From positions 128,001-192,000 of the IMG/VR virus record IMGVR_UViG_3300033273_000374: a DNA stretch of 64,000 nucleotides. One strand, 5' to 3'. Made by a program: the position numbers and the translations under genes. The notes below the pieces were generated by a model. It saw nothing but the letters and a program-made list of their open reading frames with translations. It did not search any database and was not told the origin of the DNA. This DNA is from a virus. Its lineage: Duplodnaviria; Heunggongvirae; Uroviricota; Caudoviricetes. Below, piece after piece: positions 30,245 through 38,808 of this stretch (positions are counted from its first letter, which is position 1; each line of letters starts with the position of its first letter).

Positions 30245-30407
30245 TATAATCAACTCCTGCAACCAGTGGGTGTTTGTCCAAGATTTCACTGTATGCTTGT
30301 TGCCATTGATCGCCATATTCTATGCGATACCAGTCTTCAACATGTTTGCTACGGTCTGGTTGTGATCCAAAAACCGTCTGTAGATCATCAAACAACTTTG
30401 CAGTCAT
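30237..30407 (-). CDS. 56-aa small protein
   Basis: MTAKLFDD...WYRIEY; AGGAG SD. The longer 125-aa call runs through the RNA leader. Confidence 0.65.
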   Translation of the reverse strand: MTAKLFDDLQTVFGSQPDRSKHVEDWYRIEYGDQWQQAYSEILDKHPLVAGVDYNV

Positions 30408-30430
30408 TTTTGTTCTCCTATTAGTTTTTA

Positions 30431-30578
30431 GATGCTTGAGGAAAGCAATACCGCGGTCTCTTCCGCCGTCTCCACGATGCCTGTTTGCAGCACCACTTGT
30501 AAGGCATGGGATATGCCCTGGTCTTTCCCAGTGCCACTCATTTTTTCTGAGCTGAGGTCGCTCTGTGCAATGCACAAT
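30431..30578 (-). ncRNA. Candidate structured ncRNA / 5' leader with ~8 short hairpins
   Basis: GC-rich island directly after TATAAATA (30581-88); hairpins TGTGC, GAGC, CTGG, GGCAT, CTG, CGT, GCGG, TGCTT. Confidence 0.65.
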
Positions 30579-30580
30579 GT

Positions 30581-30588
30581 TATTTATA
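30581..30588 (-). promoter_or_regulatory. T4-type late promoter TATAAATA
   Basis: Exact T4 gp55 consensus in intergenic DNA. Confidence 0.75.
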
Positions 30589-30644
30589 ATACAATAAGTA
30601 GAAATTGTTGTCAATGATTAGATGTGCGTTAAAATAACGCAATG

Positions 30645-31349
30645 CTAAGCCAGTATCTTAGCGTCAATGTAAGGTATCATCTGTTCAACAAACAATTCAT
30701 GTCCACGTTCATTTGGGTGTTCGCCTCCGGCAAACACACTATCTCCATGTTGTGATCTTAACCAGTCGTGCATGTTGTTGTTACCCATAAATGTGTTATC
30801 AAATTTTGGATATACAACAGGGCTTAGGTCACCTTCATAACCTTTTGTTGGAGGAAGTGCATTGAATTGTACATAACGTGCACCATACTGTTTTAACAAT
30901 GCATTGGTGCTCATGCGAAGTGTAACGTCCCATTGCCTCTGATGTCCCAAACTGTGTTTGATCCATTCAACCACACTGTTTCTAAAACAAGCATCACCAG
31001 GATGTGGATTGTCATTGAATCTTACAAAGCCTGAATGAACCCAACGGTCTTCGTCATCATGATACCAACTCATTCTATCTATGCTGGTCCATGCAACTGC
31101 TATAAACAAATCTTCTCGTGGTGTAGGATTTTGTTGTATGTATTCGCATACAGTTTGCCATATGTATGTGTTACTACCACTGGGCTGGCCTCTGTTGTCA
31201 TAGGTTGCACCATAGTGCTGCGCCAGACGTCCAAGCCACACATGCTGTTCTCTGTAACTAATATTTTCGTGATGTTGATCCCAAGTTGCGTTGGGTGCAA
31301 CAAGTTCGCTGCCGTAGGTAAAACTGCAGCCTATACCTATTATGTGCAT
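30645..31349 (-). CDS. SGNH-like hydrolase/acyltransferase
   Basis: GCSFTYG, GSN, WTS.DR, HPNERGH. Confidence 0.6.
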   Translation of the reverse strand: MHIIGIGCSFTYGSELVAPNATWDQHHENISYREQHVWLGRLAQHYGATYDNRGQPSGSNTYIWQTVCEYIQQNPTPREDLFIAVAWTSIDRMSWYHDDEDRWVHSGFVRFNDNPHPGDACFRNSVVEWIKHSLGHQRQWDVTLRMSTNALLKQYGARYVQFNALPPTKGYEGDLSPVVYPKFDNTFMGNNNMHDWLRSQHGDSVFAGGEHPNERGHELFVEQMIPYIDAKILA

Positions 31350-32107
31350 TATGACCTGTAAAGTATTTTGCTTAGTGTTCCTGTGGTAGTAGATCTAACA
31401 AAACGCACTGCGCTGTATACACCATTGAATACTTGTATATCACTGTCTTCTTGTGCAGTGTATGTAACAGTTCTCAACACTGTCCAGTCATCGTTGTTAA
31501 GTCCTTGTGTTTGTGGACTTAGACTGACCTGTATCTGTAGTGTGCCTGTGAACGCACTTGAAAAATAAATCTGTGCTGTGTGAGTGGCATCATTGCGATT
31601 GATATATGGATCCAAGTAGATAGCATCGCCAGTATCGCCGCCATCAAATTCTTCTGTGGTGCTTGCACTAAACAATGGATAAACACCTTCGTTTAATTCC
31701 AGTGTTCCGTTTGCACCATAGTTGTCATCTGCATAAGCAGGATTTGTTATGCCTTCGCCGTCTGTGATTTTGATTCCATATGTGTAATACTTGGCATCCA
31801 AGTTTAATAGATCACTCTCGAGAAACCTTACTCTGCCCACACCTTTTGCTGCATCAACACTTTCAATGGTTTTGCTGAGTAATGTTGTGCCTTGATCTTT
31901 ATCCGTAAGTGTCAACACTGCGGTTTTGCCTAATATGCTGGTTGCTTTGTTGTTTCTGTTTTTGAACTGTATTCTCACAGTTTGATCTACGCCTCTGTAG
32001 ATTTTTACGTTGGGAGTAAAGTACATGGTCAAGGTATTACCCACCCTTTCATCAGTTGTTACAGCCACAAGATTTTGTGTGTATAAGTAAGTATTAATAA
32101 CGTTCAT
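31349..32107 (-). CDS. Putative virion/baseplate-type beta-sandwich protein
   Basis: IYRGVDQ..QFKN; TATAAATA 4 nt before MNVINTY start (32107). Confidence 0.55.
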   Translation of the reverse strand: MNVINTYLYTQNLVAVTTDERVGNTLTMYFTPNVKIYRGVDQTVRIQFKNRNNKATSILGKTAVLTLTDKDQGTTLLSKTIESVDAAKGVGRVRFLESDLLNLDAKYYTYGIKITDGEGITNPAYADDNYGANGTLELNEGVYPLFSASTTEEFDGGDTGDAIYLDPYINRNDATHTAQIYFSSAFTGTLQIQVSLSPQTQGLNNDDWTVLRTVTYTAQEDSDIQVFNGVYSAVRFVRSTTTGTLSKILYRS

Positions 32108-32128
32108 AACGTATTTATAAGAAGACTG

Positions 32129-32503
32129 ATGAGCCAATACGCAGAAGAAACATTTGAAAAATATCCCTTTTTAAGTTTAGTCACATACGGCGGTAATGAA
32201 TACATAGGCATAATACAAAACCAAGACGATACTGTACTCAGCATTTATGATTACAGTCGCATTAAAAGTGATGAAGCAAAAAATCTTTTTTTAGAATTAG
32301 GTGAACAATGGTGGTGGGAAAGCAATAGAATGATCCCCATTAATCTTTTTCTCAAAAGAGAATGGGATGTTTTTACCACGGTGTTGTTAACACTTAATGT
32401 AAAAGATTGCAACGTTGTATATGGCGGCACTGTAAGCATCAGCGATCTGGCAAAAAAAAGAAGCAAAAGACGCAACATACAATTGGTAAGGAAACCTAAA
32501 TGA
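32129..32503 (+). CDS. Conserved hypothetical phage protein
   Basis: YPFLS, EY.GIIQN, WWWESNR.IPI. Confidence 0.7.
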   Translation: MSQYAEETFEKYPFLSLVTYGGNEYIGIIQNQDDTVLSIYDYSRIKSDEAKNLFLELGEQWWWESNRMIPINLFLKREWDVFTTVLLTLNVKDCNVVYGGTVSISDLAKKRSKRRNIQLVRKPK

Positions 32504-32850
32504 TAGATTTTTTTCTAGCACTTGTTATAAAGCACTTCATTGTGGACCTTGGTATGCAACCATATCTAGGCAAACGTCAGAAACAGAACTATATCAGTGA
32601 TGCACATCAACACTATATGGAACATTTCTTAGGCACACTGATAGTGTGTATTTTCTTTATCAATCCTGTATTTGCCTTTGCGGCTGCCACATTAGACTAT
32701 CTAGCACACTGGCACGTAGATTTTGCTAAACATCGTATTAACAATTGGTTAGAATTAAGACCTAGGTCATACACATGGTGGTGGACAAATGTTGGTGATC
32801 AAATAGCACACATAGTCACATACTACGCACTTGTTAGAATATTCATGTGA
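32500..32850 (+). CDS. DUF3307-like membrane protein
   Basis: KH..D...Q, H...H, H.H.D..K, DQ..H. Confidence 0.7.
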   Translation: MIDFFLALVIKHFIVDLGMQPYLGKRQKQNYISDAHQHYMEHFLGTLIVCIFFINPVFAFAAATLDYLAHWHVDFAKHRINNWLELRPRSYTWWWTNVGDQIAHIVTYYALVRIFM

Positions 32851-32884
32851 GTGTATGGATTTTATTAAAAAAATCACGCTATTG

Positions 32885-33457
32885 TTATTTTTTTTCTATT
32901 TCTTCAATAAGGTTCATGTGAACAACTACTAATTGCGAATAGGCTATGGAATGCGACTTCTTAAAAAAGTATGTGTCATCTGTGGGACGTTGCCAAACAC
33001 TTGCTCCAACAGTGGCCCAATCTTTTCCACGTAGGTGTGCTTTGCCTGGGCGTATCACTGCAAGCAACATGGCCATTCTTGCCACACTGTCAGGACGCAT
33101 GTTTGCCACAAGATCATAATGATTGCCTATGTGTATGATTTGCTCGCAGTATTCTCTGTCAGTCCACAGTCTACTCCAATTGGGTTCTGTGTGCATTAGA
33201 TCAATCAAATGCAATTCATCACGCACATGCTCATACATACTAACGTTTAGCAAGTCTAGTTTAAAATAGCCTAATTCTTCTGCATGTTCGTGTTCAAGTG
33301 TGGCAATGCCATCCATTGCTGCAGGAATATCTGTAAAGTACACGCCGGTGTTGTGTTGACGACCAGTGTTTAGTCTTGCAGGTGTACCATGTATGTGTTT
33401 TAGCACACTGGTGCGATCTGCAAAATCTATATCAATATCAGGATTTGTCTTTACCAT
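32885..33457 (-). CDS. Short DnaE-like fragment (one half of a split family-C polymerase)
   Basis: Starts MVKTNPDIDIDF; HNTGVY, YFKLDLLN, AVIRPG, FKKSHSIAYS; no RGS/PHP region. Confidence 0.8.
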   Translation of the reverse strand: MVKTNPDIDIDFADRTSVLKHIHGTPARLNTGRQHNTGVYFTDIPAAMDGIATLEHEHAEELGYFKLDLLNVSMYEHVRDELHLIDLMHTEPNWSRLWTDREYCEQIIHIGNHYDLVANMRPDSVARMAMLLAVIRPGKAHLRGKDWATVGASVWQRPTDDTYFFKKSHSIAYSQLVVVHMNLIEEIEKK

Positions 33458-33660
33458 AGTTGCAAAGTCTTTCCATTTCCTGCTATAATCATAACACACG
33501 TTACAATGTGTAACACTATCCAAAATGTCCTAGCCCATAAAGCACGTTTTACATCTCGTTGAGTGATAGGCAAAAACTCAGGTTTGTCATCGTCAGTGAG
33601 TCCAATTGGCATGCCAACAGTTCTTGCCCACCATTTTAGCCAACGGCGTTGGCCACTCAT
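33451..33660 (-). CDS. Small membrane protein
   Basis: WAR..G...D; C-terminal TM ending in GN. Confidence 0.6.
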   Translation of the reverse strand: MSGQRRWLKWWARTVGMPIGLTDDDKPEFLPITQRDVKRALWARTFWIVLHIVTCVMIIAGNGKTLQLW

Positions 33661-34001
33661 TTACTGATATACCCTCGTCTAATCAGCCTGTCTCTTTTGT
33701 ATTCTGCTAATCTGTTTGGTTCCTGTTCGTCTAAGAAGTCTTCTGCAATGAGAATATCCATCAAACATTTTACGTCTGCTGCTTCTTCGTGGATGTCCTG
33801 CATCTGCTTGTTACCAGCACCGTGCCTTAGAACTTTACTGCAACGCTGAACTAGTTCGCCACATTCTTCCATCAGTATAACAAGTAGCTTTTCCAAATCA
33901 ATGCCTTCATAGGGAACATTGTAGTTGTCCTTGTATACTTTGTGTCCCAGTCCATCATATTGCCACAGTCTACGATCAGGGTCAATTTGATTTCGTCTCA
34001 T
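33657..34001 (-). CDS. MazG-like NTP pyrophosphohydrolase
   Basis: EECGEL...K..R.G...EE.AD. Confidence 0.7.
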   Translation of the reverse strand: MRRNQIDPDRRLWQYDGLGHKVYKDNYNVPYEGIDLEKLLVILMEECGELVQRCSKVLRHGAGNKQMQDIHEEAADVKCLMDILIAEDFLDEQEPNRLAEYKRDRLIRRGYISK

Positions 34002-34411
34002 TTCAATTTGCCTTTTTCACGCATTTCTGCACGTATCTTAGTTGCACTTATATCATGTATTATAGCACCTAAATCGTGTTCTGTAAAGGTATATCCTACC
34101 CCTCTGCCATAACTGATATCCACAATGTTAGGCACCTGCTTTATGATATATTCTTCGTTATAGGTATAACCTGCTTTTTCAAGTCCATCTCTGATGCCAT
34201 GATATACATCATCAAAGTGAAATGGATTGTCATCTTGTGCGGCTGTACGACCACCGCTGGCATCCTCGCCAACAATGCCGCCCACGTCTCTGACCATGAT
34301 GCAAACTTGACCAGTTTCTGCAAGTGCTCTTTTGAATAATTCTGTGTGTCCATCATGCCATGGCTGCCAACGGCCTAGCATTTGTGTGGTAGGTTTTTTC
34401 CAATCAAACAT
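33998..34411 (-). CDS. HxGH nucleotidyltransferase (cytidylyltransferase-like)
   Basis: GRWQPWHDGH, NPF, ISATKIR. Confidence 0.82.
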   Translation of the reverse strand: MFDWKKPTTQMLGRWQPWHDGHTELFKRALAETGQVCIMVRDVGGIVGEDASGGRTAAQDDNPFHFDDVYHGIRDGLEKAGYTYNEEYIIKQVPNIVDISYGRGVGYTFTEHDLGAIIHDISATKIRAEMREKGKLK

Positions 34412-34456
34412 TTTATTTCCTTTGTTAACTTGACATTTTTACCCTACAAATACGCA

Positions 34457-34603
34457 CTAGTCTTCCTTTTGTGATGCTAGTTCAGCAAACCTTTTTGCAA
34501 TGGTTCTCAATACTTCAGCATCAATATTAGCAGCACCCCAATGTTCAACGCTATGTGCGATGCTATTTAATTTTTTTAACATTTCGTTGTCTGTCATTTC
34601 CAT
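34457..34603 (-). CDS. 48-aa hypothetical protein (not in ORF track)
   Basis: MEMTDNEMLKKLNSIA...LRTIAKRFAEL; TGATG coupling to gcvH. Confidence 0.55.
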   Translation of the reverse strand: MEMTDNEMLKKLNSIAHSVEHWGAANIDAEVLRTIAKRFAELASQKED

Positions 34604-34968
34604 CATGCAATGAACTCTCGATACTGTTCTTCGGTCATTAGTGCGTCCATATCATCCCAATTGTCTGGAACCATTTTAAAGAACCAGCCATTATCAAGTG
34701 GTTCACGGTTGACTAGTTCTGGATCATCTATCAACAATGGATTTACTTCTACAATTGTTCCAGCAATAGGACAGTAAACATCACTTGCTGCCTTGACACT
34801 TTCAACAACTGCACAGTCAGCATTTGCACCAAAGCTACTGTCAACTGGAGGTAGGTCAACAAAAACAATATCTCCCAACTGATTGACAGCATACTCCGAT
34901 ATTCCAACTATGAGAACATCATCTTCTCTTCGTAACCATTCATGTTCGTCTGTGTATCTTATTGTCAT
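34603..34968 (-). CDS. gcvH: Glycine cleavage system H protein (lipoyl carrier)
   Basis: YT.EHEW, GI..YA...LGDIVFV.LP, ESVKAASD (lipoyl-Lys), N..P...GW. Confidence 0.93.
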   Translation of the reverse strand: MTIRYTDEHEWLRREDDVLIVGISEYAVNQLGDIVFVDLPPVDSSFGANADCAVVESVKAASDVYCPIAGTIVEVNPLLIDDPELVNREPLDNGWFFKMVPDNWDDMDALMTEEQYREFIA

Positions 34969-35267
34969 TAATAAACACCTTGCTTTTTTAGTCTATTGTA
35001 TAAACTTTTAAGTTTGTCCAGTTCTGGATGTTTTTGCACCCACATGCCAGTGTCAGGAATAAAAATTTCTTTAAAGAATTTATCCATTACCTCATGCCCA
35101 GTGGCAATACTGGGTATCACTTGGTCTGCTAGTGCATCAAACTCTGCATCAGTAATGATGCTGTCATTGTCAAATTCATATGCATATGCAGCAAGAGCAA
35201 GACGTATTCTAATACGTCGTTGCTTGTCAACTGCGGCTTGTAGTTCACTTGGTATAGGAGGGCCCAT
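34968..35267 (-). CDS. Stand-alone NAD-ligase domain Ia-like protein
   Basis: AYAYE..NDSIITDAEFD.L resembles Y.YY..D.P..SD.EYD.L. Confidence 0.55.
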   Translation of the reverse strand: MGPPIPSELQAAVDKQRRIRIRLALAAYAYEFDNDSIITDAEFDALADQVIPSIATGHEVMDKFFKEIFIPDTGMWVQKHPELDKLKSLYNRLKKQGVY

Positions 35268-35689
35268 TATTGATTACGCTCCATCCAGGTTTGGACAACA
35301 GGCATCAATTGTTCGTGTGTGTCATTAAACCATGCACTAACATGATAATCACAGTGCGGAGGTTGTTCAAACATTTTGTTAGTATCTTCAAAGCGGCCTT
35401 CTCTAATTGTGTCCATCCACACAGTAAAGTCTGGTGCAAATTCTGTTCTTGCTGCTTCTGTAGGACACACAAAGTCTGCTATAGCAATTTTACCTGCCAT
35501 CACCACACCATCTGACAGATAACGCATACGCAATGCTTGGCGCATACGTCCTTCAGTTGAGAAATCCCAATCGTCGTAACGTTCTCTCACCTGATCAGCG
35601 TTGATCCATACACCACCAATTAATTTGGCAAATGGTTCTGCAAGTGTGCTTTTGCCGCTGCCGGGCAATCCAAAAATTAATATTTTCAT
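35267..35689 (-). CDS. cysC: Adenylylsulfate (APS) kinase-like
   Basis: GLPGSGKST, NAD.VR, DFS.EGR, F.CP, FE.P. Confidence 0.75.
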   Translation of the reverse strand: MKILIFGLPGSGKSTLAEPFAKLIGGVWINADQVRERYDDWDFSTEGRMRQALRMRYLSDGVVMAGKIAIADFVCPTEAARTEFAPDFTVWMDTIREGRFEDTNKMFEQPPHCDYHVSAWFNDTHEQLMPVVQTWMERNQ

Positions 35690-35691
35690 TA

Positions 35692-36549
35692 CTATTCCTC
35701 GTCTCTAGTTGCTCGAACTGGTTTATAATTTAACATGTTGTGTGGATATTCGTTTTCCCATATCTCTATTTCATAACCAAGGTACTGCTCAACTAAATTA
35801 TCTAGATATCCTTGTTGATATAAACAGAAATTACTAATGTCCATGTCTGAATTGGAAATAAAACATTTCATTGCACGTTCAACTTCAATCTTGGACTGTA
35901 TTACCTGTTGCTTTCGATTTATAAAATCTTGCCAACGATGTTCAATGTCATAAGAATATTCTTTACCTAAATCTGCCAATAATCGTATTAGATTGTGCTT
36001 GAAATTTTCGTAGTTGTAGAACCATTCAAAATTAAATTTGTGATCAATTGTAAATTGTTTATAGTGTACTTCTTGGCTTTGTAAATTTCCATTCAATGGA
36101 CGGAAACCTAATTTAAACATTTCTCTAAATCCTGGAACACCATTATCTTTAAAGATGTTTACTTGAGATTCTAATCCTGATGTAACTAAATCATGCCATG
36201 ATTTATTCTTAATTATTGGCAATATATCATCAAAGTCTTTAACATCTAATAGATTTAAGCCAAATTCACCTGCAGCGTGATGTACGTGCCAATTCAAAAA
36301 ATAAAGATCCGTTGGTTTAAGATGTATATAACACCAAACGTGTGTGATATTAGATTCTAAAGTTGGGTTTGGGTGTGCATGTCTAACAAGTTTTTCAAAA
36401 TTTCTGTTTGCATGTGCTCCTATAGTCTCACCTTTATCATTGTCATGATAAAAATCAAAATCAGGTGATGTTCCGCTGCTGACACTTAAACATCTAGCTA
36501 AAAAATGACCATGTGTTCCGCCTCTAAAAAGTAAAATAGGTAACGTCAT
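35692..36549 (-). CDS. Hypothetical, possible P-loop/sulfotransferase-like
   Basis: LFRGGTHGHFL N-terminal loop; AT-rich. Confidence 0.45.
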   Translation of the reverse strand: MTLPILLFRGGTHGHFLARCLSVSSGTSPDFDFYHDNDKGETIGAHANRNFEKLVRHAHPNPTLESNITHVWCYIHLKPTDLYFLNWHVHHAAGEFGLNLLDVKDFDDILPIIKNKSWHDLVTSGLESQVNIFKDNGVPGFREMFKLGFRPLNGNLQSQEVHYKQFTIDHKFNFEWFYNYENFKHNLIRLLADLGKEYSYDIEHRWQDFINRKQQVIQSKIEVERAMKCFISNSDMDISNFCLYQQGYLDNLVEQYLGYEIEIWENEYPHNMLNYKPVRATRDEE

Positions 36550-37229
36550 AATCCTGCTTCCTTGAGTATGTGCTTGACCCATTCTGTGTCAGCATAGTAA
36601 TCTACAAACCTACGCTTCCAGTAATCTGGATCTATGTATGGAAATACCAGTTCAATTTGTTCGGTACTGAGTTTATCTAATACACCAATACCTGTATCGC
36701 AATTGTAAACGACCCAACTACTTATGCGTCCTGTGGTTATGTCATGCACAATACGATTGGGGCTAGCATATAAAAAGTAATGATTAAACACACTTTCTTT
36801 TTGTTCTGCCCAAGCAGTCATTGTTTTCAGACTGCGTTCTAGTGCATCTTGTGTTGCTTCTTTGCGCAAGTGTTCAAACAAGTATTCTTGATATAGTGCA
36901 TCCTTGCACCAATGGTCTAATTTTTTGTTTTGCTTTATAACCCAGTCAATGAACTTGGCGGTGTTTATAGCACGTATGTTGACCATGTGCCTACCAAACT
37001 TTACAAACGCATTGTAGTATGGACTTTCGCAAAAGTCTTTGTAGTTTTTTAGTTTGGCGCTGCCTTGTGTTAGTTCATAGAAACGCAAATAAGCAGTCAT
37101 GCCCAATTTGACACCTGCTTCATTTTCCTGTTGCGCACGTCGCTTGGGCTCGCACAGGTGTGCTGCAAGAGTACTTTCCTTGCGATATCCTTTTCCGCAA
37201 TATTGGCATGTGTAGTCTAGATTTTGCAT
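36546..37229 (-). CDS. Zinc-finger phage protein
   Basis: CQYCGK...L..H.CE; promoter TTTACA-N17-TATAAT places start at MQNLDY. Confidence 0.7.
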   Translation of the reverse strand: MQNLDYTCQYCGKGYRKESTLAAHLCEPKRRAQQENEAGVKLGMTAYLRFYELTQGSAKLKNYKDFCESPYYNAFVKFGRHMVNIRAINTAKFIDWVIKQNKKLDHWCKDALYQEYLFEHLRKEATQDALERSLKTMTAWAEQKESVFNHYFLYASPNRIVHDITTGRISSWVVYNCDTGIGVLDKLSTEQIELVFPYIDPDYWKRRFVDYYADTEWVKHILKEAGL

Positions 37230-37273
37230 TTTATGATTTATTATAGCATGTTTGATGATGCTTGTAAAGTCAT

Positions 37274-37753
37274 TCATAATTTGCCATCATTGCCATGCAA
37301 TTGGTCTAGTGCTTTTATATCTTTTTCTGTGTATTGTGTACACAACCAGTCCAACTCATCACTTTTGGCTGTAGGGTGCATCTTTTTTATGTACTTGCGT
37401 ACCTTGTTGGTATTGCTTTTGTCTTTCTTTTTGTGTGCCACCCATTGATGAAACTGCTTGCCCATGCCTGGACTCACAGTGCATAACAATTGCCATACTA
37501 GTTTAGGATGTTTTGCCAGTTCAAAGTACTGTGTGTTCACACGTTGATTTGTAGCCATCAAGTAGTATGCAGCAAGATCGTTGCTGCCTTTTACAATGCT
37601 CATGTATCTGTTGAGCAAGAATGGAGACACAGTCTTTTGCTGTTCGGGTGTGAGTCTGTCATAGAAACCATAGTCTTTTGCATCCAGTGCATTCAGTATG
37701 GCATTGAGTGGAACTTTGTCAGTCAAAATGCACACCTCCGGTTGTGATGTCAT
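37274..37753 (-). CDS. Clamp-loader small subunit (gp62-like)
   Basis: PF..NR.MS, N, HP.L, F..W. Confidence 0.55.
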   Translation of the reverse strand: MTSQPEVCILTDKVPLNAILNALDAKDYGFYDRLTPEQQKTVSPFLLNRYMSIVKGSNDLAAYYLMATNQRVNTQYFELAKHPKLVWQLLCTVSPGMGKQFHQWVAHKKKDKSNTNKVRKYIKKMHPTAKSDELDWLCTQYTEKDIKALDQLHGNDGKL

Positions 37754-38036
37754 TTACAAAGTATAACTTGAACATGTTGGCATCGTCAATATTTTCAAAC
37801 TCTAACAATAGCCAATGTTTGAGTGGACCTTTTCTTGTGGCACTATACAACTCCATTTTCCTTGCAACACGCTCTGCTAGTTGAGGTCTTGCACGAAAGT
37901 ATGCTTCTACACGTGATGCTAGTGCGTTTATGGCATCATAATCAGGATCACTGTTGGGTGTGATCCTGAACATAAATGTGCGATGTTCTTTTTGAACTAT
38001 TGCTTTACCATGCTTTGGTGATGTCCACAATTTCAT
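37719..38036 (-). CDS. Hypothetical protein
   Basis: C-terminal F....DA..FKL. Confidence 0.6.
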   Translation of the reverse strand: MKLWTSPKHGKAIVQKEHRTFMFRITPNSDPDYDAINALASRVEAYFRARPQLAERVARKMELYSATRKGPLKHWLLLEFENIDDANMFKLYFVNDITTGGVHFD

Positions 38037-38505
38037 TCTGCCTGTTTATTTCTTTGGCTGCAAACACTACTCTAGGTTTGTCACAAGTTTCAATGGGTAT
38101 AGCAAGTATCTGTCCTTGCTTGAGTTTAGGAAAATACCATTTCACATCACTGTATAAGTCTACAATGCGTATGGGCAAGTAGTCATGCATCTTACTACTC
38201 AATGGATTAAAACTGAATGCTTTGAATCCTCTGTCGTTGAGACTGCTGAGATTGAGCATTTCTAAATCGCCAACTTCACGCTCGCCAATGAGAATCTTCC
38301 AATCTATGGGCAAACGTATGAGATGTCCTGCAACATCAATAACAGCAGCAGGACTGTTAAAACTTTCTAAAAAGATCAGTGGAATAAAAAAGTAATCTGG
38401 ATTGTTGCTGTCGCTGTTGTCTAACACTGCAAAACGCAAGTCATCAACTTCGTCTGGCAGTTCGTTCATTTCAAACGCTGTATCATCTAGTGTAAGTATT
38501 CTCAT
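38005..38505 (-). CDS. Conserved hypothetical phage protein
   Basis: MRILTL, PLIFLESF, VKW.FPK. Confidence 0.7.
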   Translation of the reverse strand: MRILTLDDTAFEMNELPDEVDDLRFAVLDNSDSNNPDYFFIPLIFLESFNSPAAVIDVAGHLIRLPIDWKILIGEREVGDLEMLNLSSLNDRGFKAFSFNPLSSKMHDYLPIRIVDLYSDVKWYFPKLKQGQILAIPIETCDKPRVVFAAKEINRQNEIVDITKAW

Positions 38506-38807
38506 TCATGTTCTCCGCCAGGACCACGTCCGTTATATCCTTTAAGAAAATTAAAACTTTCAGGTGCACGTTGAGCAGTAGCAAAGGTGCCTACTGTAAC
38601 CACTATGCCTGCAATTAGAAGTATGTGAGTTACCACACTTATGCCCCACAGTGTCCAACTGCCTACACTGAATGCAAACACTAGACACCACATCCATGCA
38701 AGCACTTGTAATACAAGATGTCTTACTTGTAAATCGTTGATATTCTTCAGTGGATTGTGTTGATAATTCATTACACCATTCCACGAATCATTGATAAATT
38801 GTCTCAT
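38502..38807 (-). CDS. Membrane protein
   Basis: NPL.NI, QVLAWMW, two TM segments. Confidence 0.7.
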   Translation of the reverse strand: MRQFINDSWNGVMNYQHNPLKNINDLQVRHLVLQVLAWMWCLVFAFSVGSWTLWGISVVTHILLIAGIVVTVGTFATAQRAPESFNFLKGYNGRGPGGEHE

Positions 38808-38808
38808 G

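Noticed and set aside
30490-30540. Cobalamin riboswitch (CACTGGGA-like segment)
   Set aside because: Only a short resemblance; the other conserved B12-element blocks are not found
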